Assembly: GCA_002269645.1 (NCBI GenBank)
Contig: NIVC01002005.1
Coordinates: forward strand, 1-64,000
Direction of reading: 5' to 3'
Length of the DNA: 64,000 nucleotides
DNA from: Macrostomum lignano
Taxonomy: Eukaryota
Part shown: positions 40,101-52,560 of the stretch, one piece after another
Layout of the letters: each line of letters starts with the position of its first letter
Position numbering within the stretch: position 1 is the stretch's first letter
Made by a program: the position numbers and the translations under genes
The notes under the pieces: model-generated
What the model was told of the DNA's origin: nothing
The model's database searches: none
The model's input: only the letters and a program-made list of their open reading frames with translations

Positions 40101-43100
40101 TTGGGGTGAGATAGATGCTTGAGATTGGGGTGAGATAGATACTAGAGATTGGGGTGAGATAGATGCTTGAGATTGGGTGAGATAGATAATTGAGATTGGG
40201 GTGAGATAGATACTAGAGATTGGTGTGAGATAGATGCTTGAGATTGGGTGAGATAGATACTAGAGATTGGGGTGAGATAGATGCTTGAGATTGGGGTGAG
40301 ATAGATGCTTGAGATTGGGTGAGATAGATGCTTGAGATTGGGGTGAGATAGATACTAGAGATTGGGGTGAGATAGATACTAGAGATTGGGGTGAGATAGA
40401 TACGTGAGATTGGGGTGAGATAGATACTAGAGATTGGGGTGAGATAGATACGTGAGATTAGGGTGAGATAGATACGTGAGATTAGGGTGAGATAGATACT
40501 AGAGATTGGGGTGAGATAGATGCTTGAGATTGGGGTGGGATATATACGTGAGATTAGGGTGAGATAGATACTAGAGATTGGGGTGAGATAGATGCTTGAG
40601 ATTGGGTGAGATAGATAATTGAGATTGGGGTGAGATAGATACTAGAGATTGGGGTGAGATAGATACTAGAGATTGGGGTGAGATAGATGCTTGAGATTGG
40701 GGTGGGATAGATACTTGAGATTGGAGTGAGATAGATGCTTGAGATTGGGATGAGATAGATGCTTGAGATTGGGTAAAATAGATACTTGAGATTGGGGTGA
40801 GATAGATGCTTGAGATTGGGTGAAATAGATACTTGAGATTAGGGTGAGATAGATACTTGAGATTGGGGTGAGATAGATACTAGAGATTAAGGTGATATAG
40901 ATACTTGAGACTGGGGTGAGATAGATGCTTGAGATTGGGTGAAATAGATACTTGAGACTGGGGTGAGATTGATACTAGAGATTAGGGTGAGAAAGATACT
41001 AGAGACTGGGGTGAGATTGATACTAGAGATTAGGGTGAGATAGATACTTGAGACTGGGGTGAGATACTAGAGATACTAGATACTAGATATTAAGGCGAGA
41101 TAGATACTTTGCATGTAAGACGGAGGAAAAGCGTCAAACGTGTAATAGTGTGTATTTAAGCTCACATTAATTCTCGAAAATACCAGTTCTAATAGTTAGA
41201 AATTTTTGTTTCAACTTACCAACGGCAGAGCACCAACCTACCAATGGAGCCCCGCTATCACACGCCGGAAGAGGAAATCGCCCTGGGCCCAGCCTGCTGG
41301 CTGTGGGATTATCTCAGACGAAGCGGTCAGTCAGGCTATTTTCTTCCCCTAAGCGGAGGCATTGACAGTACGGCCACTTCGTGTCTTGTCTACAGCATGT
41401 CTGTACAGGTGTTCGAGTCTGTTCAGTCCGGCTGTCAAGAGGTAATATAGTTACTTGGCTAAGAATTCTGAAACTTGCGCGCACTGTTTTCTAAGAATAC
41501 TGAAACTTGCGGGCAATGTTTTTTTAAGAATACTGATGCGCGCCCTGTTTTCTAAGAATACTGAAACTTGCGGGCAATGTTTTTTTAAGAATACTGATGC
41601 GCGCCCTGTTTTCTAAGAATACTGAAACTTGCGGGCAATGTTTTTTTAAGAATACTGATGCGCGCCCTGTTTTCTAAGAATACTGAAACTTGCGGGCAAT
41701 GTTTTTTTAAGAATACTGATGCGCGCCCTGTTTTCTAAGAATACTGAAACTTGCGGGCAATGTTTTTTTAAGAATACTGATGCGCGCCCTGTTTTCTAAG
41801 AATACTGAAACTTGCGCGCAATGTTTTTTTTAAGAATACTGATGCGCGCCCTGTTTTCTAAGAATACTGAAACTTGCGCGCAATGTTTTTTTTAAGAATA
41901 CTGATGCGCGCCCTGTTTTCTAAGAATACTGAAACTTGCGCGCAATGTTTTTTTTAAGAATACTGATGCGCGCCCTGTTTTCTAAGAATACTAAATCTTG
42001 CGCGCAATGTTTTTTTAAGAATACTGATGCGCGCCCTGTTTTCTAAGAATACTGAAACTTGCGCGCAATGTTTTTTTTAAGAATACTGATGCGCGCCCTG
42101 TTTTCTAAGAATACTGAAACTTGCGCGCAATGTTTTTTTTAAGAATACTGATGCGCGCCCTGTTTTCTAAGAATACTAAATCTTGCGCGCAATGTTTTTT
42201 TTAAGAATACTGATGCGCGCCCTGTTTTCTAAGAATACTGAAACTTGCGCGCAATGTTTTTTTTAAGAATACTGATGCGCGCCCTGTTTTCTAAGAATAC
42301 TGAAACTTGCGCGCAATGTTTTTTTTAAGAATACTGATGCGCGCCCTGTTTTCTAAGAATACTAAATCTTGCGCGCAATGTTTTTTTTAAGAATACTGAT
42401 GCGCGCCCTGTTTTCTAAGAATACTGAAACTTGCGCGCAATGTTTTTTTTAAGAATACTGATGCGCGCCCTGTTTTCTAAGAATACTAAATCTTGCGCGC
42501 AATGTTTTTTTTAAGAATACTGATGCGCGCCCTGTTTTCTAAGAATACTGAAACTTGCGCGCAATGTTTTTTTTTAAGAATACTGATGCGCGCCCTGTTT
42601 TCTAAGAATACTGAAACTTGCGCGCAATGTTTTTCTTAAGAATACTGATGCGCGCCCTGTTTTCTAAGAATACTGAAACTTGCGCGCAATGTTTTTTTTA
42701 AGAATACTGATGCGCGCCCTGTTTTCTAAGAATACTGAAACTTGCGCGCAATGTTTTTTTTAAGAATACTGATGCGCGCCCTGTTTTCTAAGAATACTAA
42801 ATCTTGCGCGCAATGTTTCTAAGAAAACAAACTTCTGCGCATTGTTTTCTAAGAAAACTGAAACTTGCGCGCAATGATTTCTAAGAATACTGAAACTTGC
42901 GCGCAATGATTTCTAAGAATACTGAAACTTAAGCGCATTGTTTTCTAAGAATACTGAAACTTGCGCGCCCTGTTTTCTAATAAGAATACTAAATCTTGCG
43001 CGCAATGTTTCTAAGAAAACAAACTTCTGCGCATTGTTTTCTAAGAAAATTCTATAGCTATATTAGCTATTATATAGCTAATATAGTTACTTGGCTAAGA

Positions 43101-46100
43101 ATTCTGAAACTTGCGCGCAATGATTTCTAAGAATACTGAAACTTGAGCGCACTGTTTTCTGAGAATACTAAAATTCGCGCACACTGTTTTCCAAGAAAAC
43201 TGAAACTGCGCATTGTTTTCTAAGAATACTGAAACTTGCGCGCACTGTTTTCTAAGAATACTAGATCTTGCGCGCACTGTTGCATACCAGAACGAGTTTC
43301 ATAAAATTTTTTCATTTAAATAAAATTCCAGGTGCTGCAAGACCTTCGCAGAATAGTTCGCGATCCTCAGTTCCTACCCGGCTCGCCGCAGGACATTTGC
43401 TCGCGCCTGTTCACCACCTGCTATATGGGCTCCGAGAACAGCTCGAGTGAGACTAGACAGCGAGCTGAACAACTGGCTAAGGAGATTGGAGCAAGTCATC
43501 TGGCTTTGAGGATTGATGCTGCGGTATATATAGACTTTTGTATTAGTTTATCCCATTTTTTATTATTCCAAATCCCATAAATGAGGATAATCCAATTTTG
43601 GATCCTAAGAGTCCCAATACATAATTGCTGGAAATAATTTAATCTCCGATATAAAAAATCCTCATTTATGATTTAATGGGATAAATCGATTTCCAATCTC
43701 AAAAATCCCAATTTGTGATTTGATGGGATAAATCGATTTCTAATCACAAAAATCCCCATTTGTGATTTGATGGGATAAATCGATTTCCAATCTCAAAAAT
43801 CCCAATTTGTGATTTGATGGGATAAATCGATTTCTAATCACAAAAATCCCCATTTGTGATTTGATGGGATAAATCGATTTCTAATCACAAAAATCCCCAT
43901 TTGTGATTTGATGGGATAAATCGATTTCCAATCTCAAAAATCCCAATTTGTGATTTGATGGGATAAATCGATTTCTAATCACAAAAATCCCCATTTGTGA
44001 TTTGATGGGATAAATCGATTTCCAATCTCAAAAATCCCAATTTGTGATTTGATGGGATAAATCGATTTCTAATCACAAAAATCCCCATTTGTGATTTGAT
44101 GGGATAAATCGATTTCTAATCACAAAAATCCCCATTTGTGATTTGATGGGATAAATCGATTTCCAATCTCAAAAATCCCAATTTGTGATTTGATGGGATA
44201 AATCGATTTCTAATCACAAAAATCCCCATTTGTGATTTGATGGGATAAATCGATTTCCAATCCCAAAAATCCCCATTTGTGATTTGATGGGAAAAATGGA
44301 TTTCCAATCTCAGAAATCCCCAATTATGATTTGATCGGATTAATCGATTTTCGATCCCCTAAAATCCCCAATCATGATTTGATGGGGTAGTTAAAATCCC
44401 TTATCCCTGCCCAAATCCAGGTATCGGCCCTGGTAGCCATATTCGTTGCCTGCACCGGTTTGCAACCGAAATTTCGAGCTCACGGTGGCAGCGCCCAGGA
44501 AAATCTGGCATTACAGAATGTGCAAGCTCGGGTTCGAATGGTGCTGGCCTATCTATTTGCTCAGCTGGTGCTGCTGGCAAGGTGAGCGCGGTGAACTTTG
44601 GACTTTTGGAGAGATTTGGAATAAGAATGGGATCTTGAGAGAGATTTGGGATGAGAATGGGATCTTGGGAGAAATTTAGGATAAGAATGGGATCTTGGGA
44701 GAGATTTAGGATGAGAATGGGATCTCGGGAAAGATTTGGGATGAGAATGAGATCTGGGGAGACATTTAGGATAAGAATAGGATCTTGGGAGAGATTTGTG
44801 ATGAGAATGTGATCTCGGGAGAGATTTGGGATGAGAATGGGATCTCGGGAGAGATTTGGGATAAGAATGAGATCTTAGGAGAGATTTGGGATGAGAATGA
44901 GATCTTAGGAGAGATTTGGGATAAGAATGAGATCTTAGGAGAGATTTGGGATAAGAATGGGATCTTGGGAGAGATTTGGGATGAGAATGAGATCTTAGGA
45001 GAGATTTGGGATAAGAATGAGATCTTAGGAGAGATTTGGGATAAGAATGGGATCTTGGGAGAGATTTGGGATGAGAATGGGATCTCGGGAGAGATTTGGG
45101 ATGAGAATGGGATCTTGAGAGAGATTTGGGATGAGAATGGGATCTCGGGAGAGATTTGGGATGAGAATGGGATCTTGAGAGAGATTTGGGATGAGAATGG
45201 GATCTTGAGAGAGATTTGGGATGAGAATGGGATCTCGGGAGAGATTTGGGATGAGAATGGGATCTTGGGAGAGATTTGGGATGAGAATGGGATCTCAGGA
45301 GAGATTTGGGATGAGAATGGGATCTGGGAAGAGATTTTAAAGAATCTTTCTAAGATATTTCTTAGATATTTCTTAGATATTTCTAACAATGTTAAGCTGC
45401 ATGATGACCTGAGGGATAAAAGTTCTCCATGTTTTTCCCCACAGAGGCCTGACAGGCAACCTGTTGGTGCTGGGCAGCGCCAATCTTGACGAAGGCCTAC
45501 GCGGCTACATGACAAAATACGACTGCTCTAGTGCCGATGTTAATCCCATCGGAGGGATTAGTAAATCCGATTTAAGATCATTTATCCGCTATTCGATGCG
45601 TAGGCACGGAATTAGCATTCTGGGAGAGATTTTCTCAGCTCCGCCTACGGCTGAGTTAGAGCCACTGGCCGCTAATGGGCAGCTGGCCCAGACTGATGAA
45701 GTTGACATGGGTATGACCTACGATGAGCTGTCAGCATATGGCAGATTGCGCAAACTTGACAAGTGCGGCCCGGTTGCCATGTTCCTGCGCCTGCGGCGTC
45801 TGTGGCCTCAGCATTCCGCCAAAGTTGTGGCCGATAAAGTGAAGCATTTTTTTCGATCTTATTCGATTAACCGGCACAAAGTGACTGTGCTGACTCCGTC
45901 CTATCATGCAGAGGCTTATAATATTGATGATAACCGGTTCGATCATCGGCAGTTTCTTTACAATGTCAACTGGCCTTGGCAGTTTCAACAGATTGATCAA
46001 CTAGTTGACCAGATGGCCGGTTGCGAACCCGTGTTGACTACTGATAAAGTGAGTGTGAGTAGTAAGCTTGCATGTTTTTTATGTAGATGAGGGAATGTTA

Positions 46101-47940
46101 ATTGGCTAGCCAAGTAACCAGGTAACCAAGTAACCGGGTAACCAAGTAACCGGGTAACCAAGTAACCGGGTAACCAAGTAGCCGGGTAACCAGGCAACTA
46201 AGTAACCAAGTAACCGGGTAACCAAGTAACCGGGTAACCAAGTAACCGGGTAACCAAGTAACCGGGTAACCAAGTAACCGGATAACCAAGTAACCGGGTA
46301 ACCAAGTAACCGGGTAACCAAGTAACCGGGTAACCAAGTAGCTGGGTAACCAGGCAACTAAGTAACCAAGTAACCGGGTAACCAAGTAACCGGGTAACCA
46401 AGTAACCGGGTAACCAAGTAGCCGGGTAACCAGGCAACTAAGTAACCAAGTAACCGGGTAACCAAGTAACCGGGTAACCAAGTAACCGGGTAACCAAGTA
46501 ACCGGGTAACCAAGTAACCGGGTAACCAAGTAACCGGGTAACCAAGTAACCGGGTAACCAAGTAACAGGGTAACCAAGTAACCGGGTAACCAAGTAACCG
46601 GGTAACCAAGTAACCGGGTAACCAAGTAGCCGGGTAACCAGGCAACTAAGTAACCAAGTAACCGGGTAACCAAGTAACCGGGTAACCAAGTAATCAGGTA
46701 ACCAGGCAACTAAGTAACCAGCTATAACCAGGTAACCAGATAGCCAGGTAACCAAGGAACCAGGTAACTTAGTAAATTTTAACAGTTTTTCCATAAATAT
46801 CTAACCAGATGGAGCTTGGTCATCCGGAATCGAGCAATCGTGCTGGAGGTACTGGCGCTGGCAACAGCGGCTCAACGTACACGACAACAGGAACGGTTGA
46901 TAAAATACAGACTAATGATACTACTGGAAGTAAAAAGAGCGTTCTGAGTAGCAGCGTGGGATATCAGGTAAGAAATATCAGATAATTTTGGAGTTGGCAG
47001 TCACTGAATGCAAATCCCAAGTGAAGTGCAAAGAATATGTTCAGTTAAATTTCAATTTGGGCTTTAGAGGTTACTGAGGTCATTGAGTGTCGCTAAAAAG
47101 GATTGGGTTTTTAGAGGTCATTTATACATCAAAAGGGATTTTTAAAGGTCGCTGACTGGCACTAAATAATTGGGTTATAGGTCACTTAGGGTCACTAGAA
47201 GTTACTGCATGTAACTTAGAATCTGGTTAAAGGTCACTTAAGGTCACTAGAGGTCACTGAATGTCACTTAAAGAATCGGGTTAAAGATCATTTAAGGTCA
47301 CTGGAGGTCACTTAAGAATTGGTTTAAAGGTCACTAGAGGTCACTTAAGAATCGGTTTAAAGGTCACTTAAGCTCTAGAGGTCACTGAAGGTCACTAGAG
47401 GTCACTGAAGGTCACTAGAGGTCACCGGAGATCACTGAATGTTATCGTAAGCTTCCAAGCTAACTTAATCCCAAAAAACTTGCAATTCTCCCCCCCCCCT
47501 CCCAACAGGGGTGCGTTCGCCTCCTTGCCCAGATCGGCAGGCAGCGGGCCACCTGGCGCGGTGGCATCGCGTCCACCCCGATTCCGCCTGTAGAATCCGC
47601 CGCAGCCAAAATCCTGGCCTCCGGTAACCTCGCCGCTGCACGTCGCCGGCCTCAACAACAACAGCAGCAACTGCAGGGCCGGATTGGAAAGCGGACTTCG
47701 CCGCTGGCAGTTAAAGCTAATAATGATTCTGGTCGATGCCGACACAGGAATCAGTCGAATAGAGCCGCTAGCAAGGTGCAGCAGCTTGGCAATGTTGAAC
47801 AGGCGCCTATAGTTGCTAGGCTGACTCTGTCTCCTAGAGGTTGTCGAGTTGTGCAGCAGCAGCAGCAGCATCAGGAGCCGGATGAGCCAACTGGTCATCG
47901 TCGCTTTCCTGCTCCAAGAATGAGGCTTGCAATTCCTTGA
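37104..47940 (+). CDS. NADSYN1: Glutamine-dependent NAD(+) synthetase, ~907 aa; exons 37104-37480, 38432-39017, 41229-41441, 43332-43523, 44421-44581, 45445-46048, 46809-46967, 47509-47940
   Basis: Nitrilase triad motifs GPELE, RPK and ETCEEIW; synthetase motifs [53 protein letters not shown] and PTAELEP. All seven introns are GT-AG and phase-consistent. Exons 7-8 are supported only by splice sites and open frame, so they are less certain. Confidence 0.93.
37496..38325. repeat. 34-bp intronic minisatellite (GTTTGTGATTTGAAGCAATCAGACCCTCCCTGAA, then AGAAGCGATCAGACCCTCCCTGAAGTATCTGAAT)
   Basis: NADSYN1 intron 1. Confidence 0.96.
39022..41100. repeat. 24-bp intronic minisatellite (AGATACGTGAGATTGGGGTGAGAT), ~85 copies
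   Basis: NADSYN1 intron 2; begins at the donor. Confidence 0.97.
41465..43265. repeat. 61-62-bp (dimeric ~31-bp) intronic minisatellite
   Basis: NADSYN1 intron 3; unit GCGCGCCCTGTTTTCTAAGAATACTGAAACTTGCGCGCAATGTTTTTTTTAAGAATACTGAT. Confidence 0.97.
43670..44400. repeat. 47-bp intronic minisatellite with alternating A/B units and an internal inverted repeat AATCACAAA..TTTGTGATT
   Basis: NADSYN1 intron 4. Confidence 0.96.
44605..45330. repeat. 30-bp intronic minisatellite (GAGATTTGGGATGAGAATGGGATCTCGGGA)
   Basis: NADSYN1 intron 5. Confidence 0.97.
46108..46770. repeat. 16-bp intronic minisatellite (GTAACCAAGTAACCGG)
   Basis: NADSYN1 intron 6. Confidence 0.97.
47190..47430. repeat. Degenerate intronic array (AGGTCACT-based)
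   Basis: NADSYN1 intron 7; repeated GGTCACT motif. Confidence 0.75.
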
Positions 47941-49049
47941 ATGCCAGGTGTTAGTCCTGTATAGTTTTTAAAACTAATGAGATGATGAGGCCTGTCTGTC
48001 ATAGTTACTCCCGCCGTTTACCCGCCTGATCGTGTCAACCAAGTTAGTTAGTTTTCTCTTGATATTAATCACTTTTTAACACCAGTTTTCTCTATAGAAA
48101 ATATTTTTATTCATCTATCTAGTTTTAGATAGCTTTTTAACTTTTAAAAATCTTCATTCGTTTTCATTCTAGTTACCAACTAAGTAGTGAATATGGCCTT
48201 TTGACTGTTAAATTAGCTATATTTGGCTTTCTTTTTTCACTTTGAATCGATACGCGTTACTTGTTACTTACAGTAGAAATTAGTAGCAAATTGTTTTTAT
48301 TCGTCATTTTGAGCTCGTAGATTTGATCCTGTTCTTGCGTCTAATTTATACCCTCTGTCTTTAGCTAAATATACAGAAAATCAAAGTTAACGGCTTATTT
48401 TGATCTTTCGTCATTTAATTAGGTCAGAAAAAGAATCCGTTGAGAAGCATGCCTTGGTTGGGATTCTGAGTAGGGTAGCAACTTAGCGGTGAACGAGTCT
48501 GACTCTAGCGCTACAACCTTCGCCATGGTGTCTTGCACCCTGGCGCACTTTAAGCGACAATTGCCACACAACCGGCGTGAGGCATTGACTCCCCTGAGCA
48601 GGCACACAAGTGCGCGGATACGTACGCAGTCATACGCACAGGCACACACTCACACAGGAGTGTACATCGGCCCTAACTTTATCTTTGTACATAAAGATAT
48701 AATTGTACAACCGAGATTGCAGTTTAGCCCCTAAATTAATGAGACTGCACTTGGAATCGAGCCTGGGCCGCTGGCACATCAGAGCATCGCGCTGGAACAA
48801 AATAAATAAATATTTTAGGTACTAGTTTAAATAATCAGTTTTGCTTTATATAGTTAATTTTTCATCTTTTTTTGTCATTTCAGACAGACCAGTGCCATGT
48901 AGTTCGCTCCCACTTACTGATTGATCTTTTCTTCCCTTCCATATTTTGGGCCGAGTTGATCAAATCACTTCTTTTACGCTTCAAAAGAAAAAGAAGCCTG
49001 CATTGATTGCAAAAAAGATTGATTAAGCATAAAAGAAGCAGAGCAGACA

Positions 49050-51440
49050 ATGGCCCTGCCGCCAATGAATCACTATCGACAGGGCATGGGCCTCGGCATG
49101 AGCGGCGGAGGCGCCGGTGTCGGTATGGGCGGCGTCGGCAGCATCGGCGGTGGCATGGGCGGCACCCTCGGCCGTAAGCGAGTCCAAGTCAGCTACGTGA
49201 TTCGCGATGAAATTGAAAAGTACAATAGATTCGGCGTGAACTCGTTGCAGTTCGACCCCGTACAGAACCGCCTGTTCACAGCCGGTCGGGATAGCATAAT
49301 TCGGATCTATAATACCGCCAATCCCGATGAGCCTTACCTGCAGTCTATGGAGCATCACACAGACTGGGTTAATGACATTGTACTCTGTTGCAGTAGAAAA
49401 AATCTCATAAGCTGTTCCTCCGATACTACAGTGAAAGTTTGGAATAGTTCCAGAGGCTTCTGCATGTCAACATTGCGCACGCACAAAGACTACGTGCGAG
49501 CGCTTGCTTACGCTAAGCACAAAGAGTTAGTAGCTTCAGCCGGACTGGATAAAGCAATCTACATTTGGGATGTGAATGTTTTAACAGCATTAACTGCCAG
49601 TAATAACACTGTTACTACTAGTAGTCTAGCTGGTAACAAGGACAGTATTTACAGTCTGGCAATGAACCATAGCGCCACAATGATTGTGTCAGGTAGTACA
49701 GAGAATGTCTTGCGAATCTGGGATCCCAGATCCTGTCAGAAGCAGTGCAAACTTCGCGGTCACACTGACAATGTTCGCGCGATTGTAATTAGCAATGACG
49801 GCTCTAGGATATTGAGCGGCTCCTCTGACGGCACTATTAAGCTGTGGTCTGTGGGGGAGCAGCGCTGTATATGGACCTTTTATGGCCATACTGCAGGCGT
49901 CTGGACTTTGCAGGCCAACGAAGCCTTCAATACGTTGTACTCTTCGGGCAAGGATGCTCAAGTCTTGGCTTGGGATATCGTCGATAATCAGCAGCCTTGC
50001 AGGCTAATCTGTCAGGAGGACTGTCCGGTGCTGAAGGTGCTGCTAGTTGAAGAGGCTCAACAGCCGCATTTGTGGATATCAACAACTAATACCAATGTGA
50101 AGCGCTGGCCATTGCCTTCATTGCCGTTCCAGCATAGCCAGCACGTTTCTAACCGTCAGAATCAACATCCGGCTATGACGTCATCGACTAATAACGCTTC
50201 CGGCAACGCTGTTGGTCAAACAACTGCCGCATTCTCAGATCTCACCAATTCTTCAGCCTCTGGCTCGGCATCTGCGTCCGCCTCTGCATCCGCCGCCGCC
50301 TCTCCCGATGGCGACAAAACGCCGCCTTCACTTCCGCCTCCTGCTATGCCGCCTCCGCCTTTGCAGCAGCCGCAGCAGCCGTCTCTATCGCCAAAACCGA
50401 ATTTCTGCATCACTGGCGGCAGCTGTATTCGTCAATATCATATTAGCAACGATAAACGCTTCCTTTTAACTAAAGATTCCAACGATTGCGTTGCACTGTA
50501 CGATGTAGTGCTAGTCCGCAAACTGCAGGACCTTCCTCCGGGTAGTTTTGATCAGCGAGTGGCCGATATGACAGCTAAGAGAGTCTTTGTACCCAGCTGG
50601 TTCTCTGTTGACTTGAAAACTGGCCTACCAATGATTCATCTGGAAGAGCAGGACTGCTTTAGCGCCTGGGTTAGTCAGAGAGACAGCGGCATAGCTGTTG
50701 ACAGTCTGCCGAGAGAACCGCAAGTGGCTGGCGGGGTGGCACAACCAGATTCAAAGATCAACTACGGCGGTTTAGTACTGCAAGCCCTGTTTGAGCACTG
50801 GCCGCCTACTCGAGTGCGCAAAGAGGACGGCGGATACACCAGGGCTAACATGTACTTCTCTGTGCCTCAGCACACGCCGGTAGTTCTGAGCGAGTCAACT
50901 GGGAGGACTCTGTTCCGACTGCTGGTTAGAGACAGCGGGGGTGAATCGGAGAACTCAATTCTCAACGAGACAGTGCCAGCATGGATTACAGACATTCTAA
51001 TCGAAAAGAATCTGCCAAAGTACATCAAAATCTCTTTCTATTTAAATCCATATCCGTCGTCTAGCGTGAAAAGTTTACGCAAAGATCGACTCAGTGCCAA
51101 CGATATGCTGCAGATACGCAAAGTGGCGGAGCACGTTGTAGAGATGTGGCGCACTGAGAGCTTGCCACCAGGGGCGCCGCCGCCCCCGCTCCCCTATCAT
51201 CAGCAGCAGCAGCAGCAGCCGCCTCCGCACTCCACGAATCAAGCAGCTTCATCTGATGCGGCTACAGGCGATCAACAGCAGAAACCGGCTGAAGAATTAG
51301 TCGAAATTCTTATTAACGATACGGTCTTGGATCCTAATATGGACCTGAGAACAGCCAAGCATTTCTATTGGAAGAGTGGCGGCGATCTAGTTCTGTTCTT
51401 TCGGCGTAGGGACGATCGGAAACACGCTAACCGGAAGTGA
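49050..51440 (+). CDS. WDR48: WD repeat-containing protein 48 (UAF1, USP1/12/46 activator), 796 aa, intronless
   Basis: [99 protein letters not shown]; single uninterrupted ORF; AATAAA at ~51481. Confidence 0.97.
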   Translation: MALPPMNHYRQGMGLGMSGGGAGVGMGGVGSIGGGMGGTLGRKRVQVSYVIRDEIEKYNRFGVNSLQFDPVQNRLFTAGRDSIIRIYNTANPDEPYLQSMEHHTDWVNDIVLCCSRKNLISCSSDTTVKVWNSSRGFCMSTLRTHKDYVRALAYAKHKELVASAGLDKAIYIWDVNVLTALTASNNTVTTSSLAGNKDSIYSLAMNHSATMIVSGSTENVLRIWDPRSCQKQCKLRGHTDNVRAIVISNDGSRILSGSSDGTIKLWSVGEQRCIWTFYGHTAGVWTLQANEAFNTLYSSGKDAQVLAWDIVDNQQPCRLICQEDCPVLKVLLVEEAQQPHLWISTTNTNVKRWPLPSLPFQHSQHVSNRQNQHPAMTSSTNNASGNAVGQTTAAFSDLTNSSASGSASASASASAAASPDGDKTPPSLPPPAMPPPPLQQPQQPSLSPKPNFCITGGSCIRQYHISNDKRFLLTKDSNDCVALYDVVLVRKLQDLPPGSFDQRVADMTAKRVFVPSWFSVDLKTGLPMIHLEEQDCFSAWVSQRDSGIAVDSLPREPQVAGGVAQPDSKINYGGLVLQALFEHWPPTRVRKEDGGYTRANMYFSVPQHTPVVLSESTGRTLFRLLVRDSGGESENSILNETVPAWITDILIEKNLPKYIKISFYLNPYPSSSVKSLRKDRLSANDMLQIRKVAEHVVEMWRTESLPPGAPPPPLPYHQQQQQQPPPHSTNQAASSDAATGDQQQKPAEELVEILINDTVLDPNMDLRTAKHFYWKSGGDLVLFFRRRDDRKHANRK

Positions 51441-51784
51441 AGAGCAAAGTAGGAGATTATCTTGAACGCGTTTGCGGTTCAATAAATATAAATTTATAAA
51501 TTGTTTCTTCAACTCAGCTATAGTCAAACTGTTTGAATCACTATGCGTTGTTTAGCTAAAAGGAATCAGACACAAACACTTATCATTAAGCCTGTATTGT
51601 ACGCGTCTATTTGTCATTTTTAATGCAAACGAACGTTATGACTTATAGTTAGCTTAGTTTCTACCTTATTGTCACATTTTCACTAGTTTTAATATCTTCA
51701 ATTATAATTTGCTAGCGCCTTGTTCAACATTAGGTGAACTGTATCTAAAGTAACTATGATAATTTAAAGTATCTTCGGCTATTC

Positions 51785-52560
51785 TAAAGTGTCTATGGCA
51801 ACTCTTAAGTGTCTAAGGGAAATTCTAAAGTGTCTATGGCAATTCTAAAGTGTCTAAGGGAAATTCTAAAGTGTCTATGGCAATTCTAGAGTGTCTAAGG
51901 GAAATTCTAAAGTGTCTATGACAATTCTAAAGTGTCTATGGCAACTCTAAAGTGTCTAAGGGAAATTCTAAAGTGTCTATGACAATTCTAAAGTGTCTAT
52001 GGCAATTCTAGAGTGTCTAAGGGAAATTCTAAAGTGTCTATGACAATTCTAAAGTGTCTATGGCAACTCTAAAGTGTCTAAGGGAAATTCTAAAGTGTCT
52101 ATGACAATTCTAAAGTGTCTATGGCAATTCTAGAGTGTCTAAGGGAAATTCTAAAGTGTCTATGACAATTCTAAAGTGTCTATGGCAACTCTAAAGTGTC
52201 TAAGGGAAATTCTAAAGTGTCTATGACAATTCTAAAGTGTCTATGGCAACTCTAAAGTGTCTATGGCAACTTTGAAGTGTCTATGACAATTCTAAAGTGT
52301 CTAAGGGAAATTCTAAAGTGTCTATGGCAATTCTAAAGTGTCTATGGCAACTCTAAAGTGTCTAAGGGAAATTCTAAAGTGTCTATGACAATTCTAAAGT
52401 GTCTATGGCAATTCTAAAGTGTCTATGACAATTCTAAAGTGTCTATGGCAATTCTAAAGTGTCTATGGCAATTCTAAAGTGTCTATGGCAATTCTAAAGT
52501 GTCTATAACAATTCTAAAGTGTCTATGGCAATTCTAAAGTGTCTATGGCAATTCTAAAAC
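51785..52560. repeat. 20-bp minisatellite (AATTCTAAAGTGTCTATGGC)
   Basis: Direct reading. Confidence 0.97.

Noticed and set aside
47422-47898. 158-aa minus-strand ORF
   Set aside because: Antisense shadow of the putative last NADSYN1 exon, which has proper splice sites on the + strand.
48741-48800. tRNA-like stretch on the minus strand with a B-box-like GGCTCGATTCC
   Set aside because: No complete cloverleaf or acceptor stem; at most a tRNA-derived SINE remnant.
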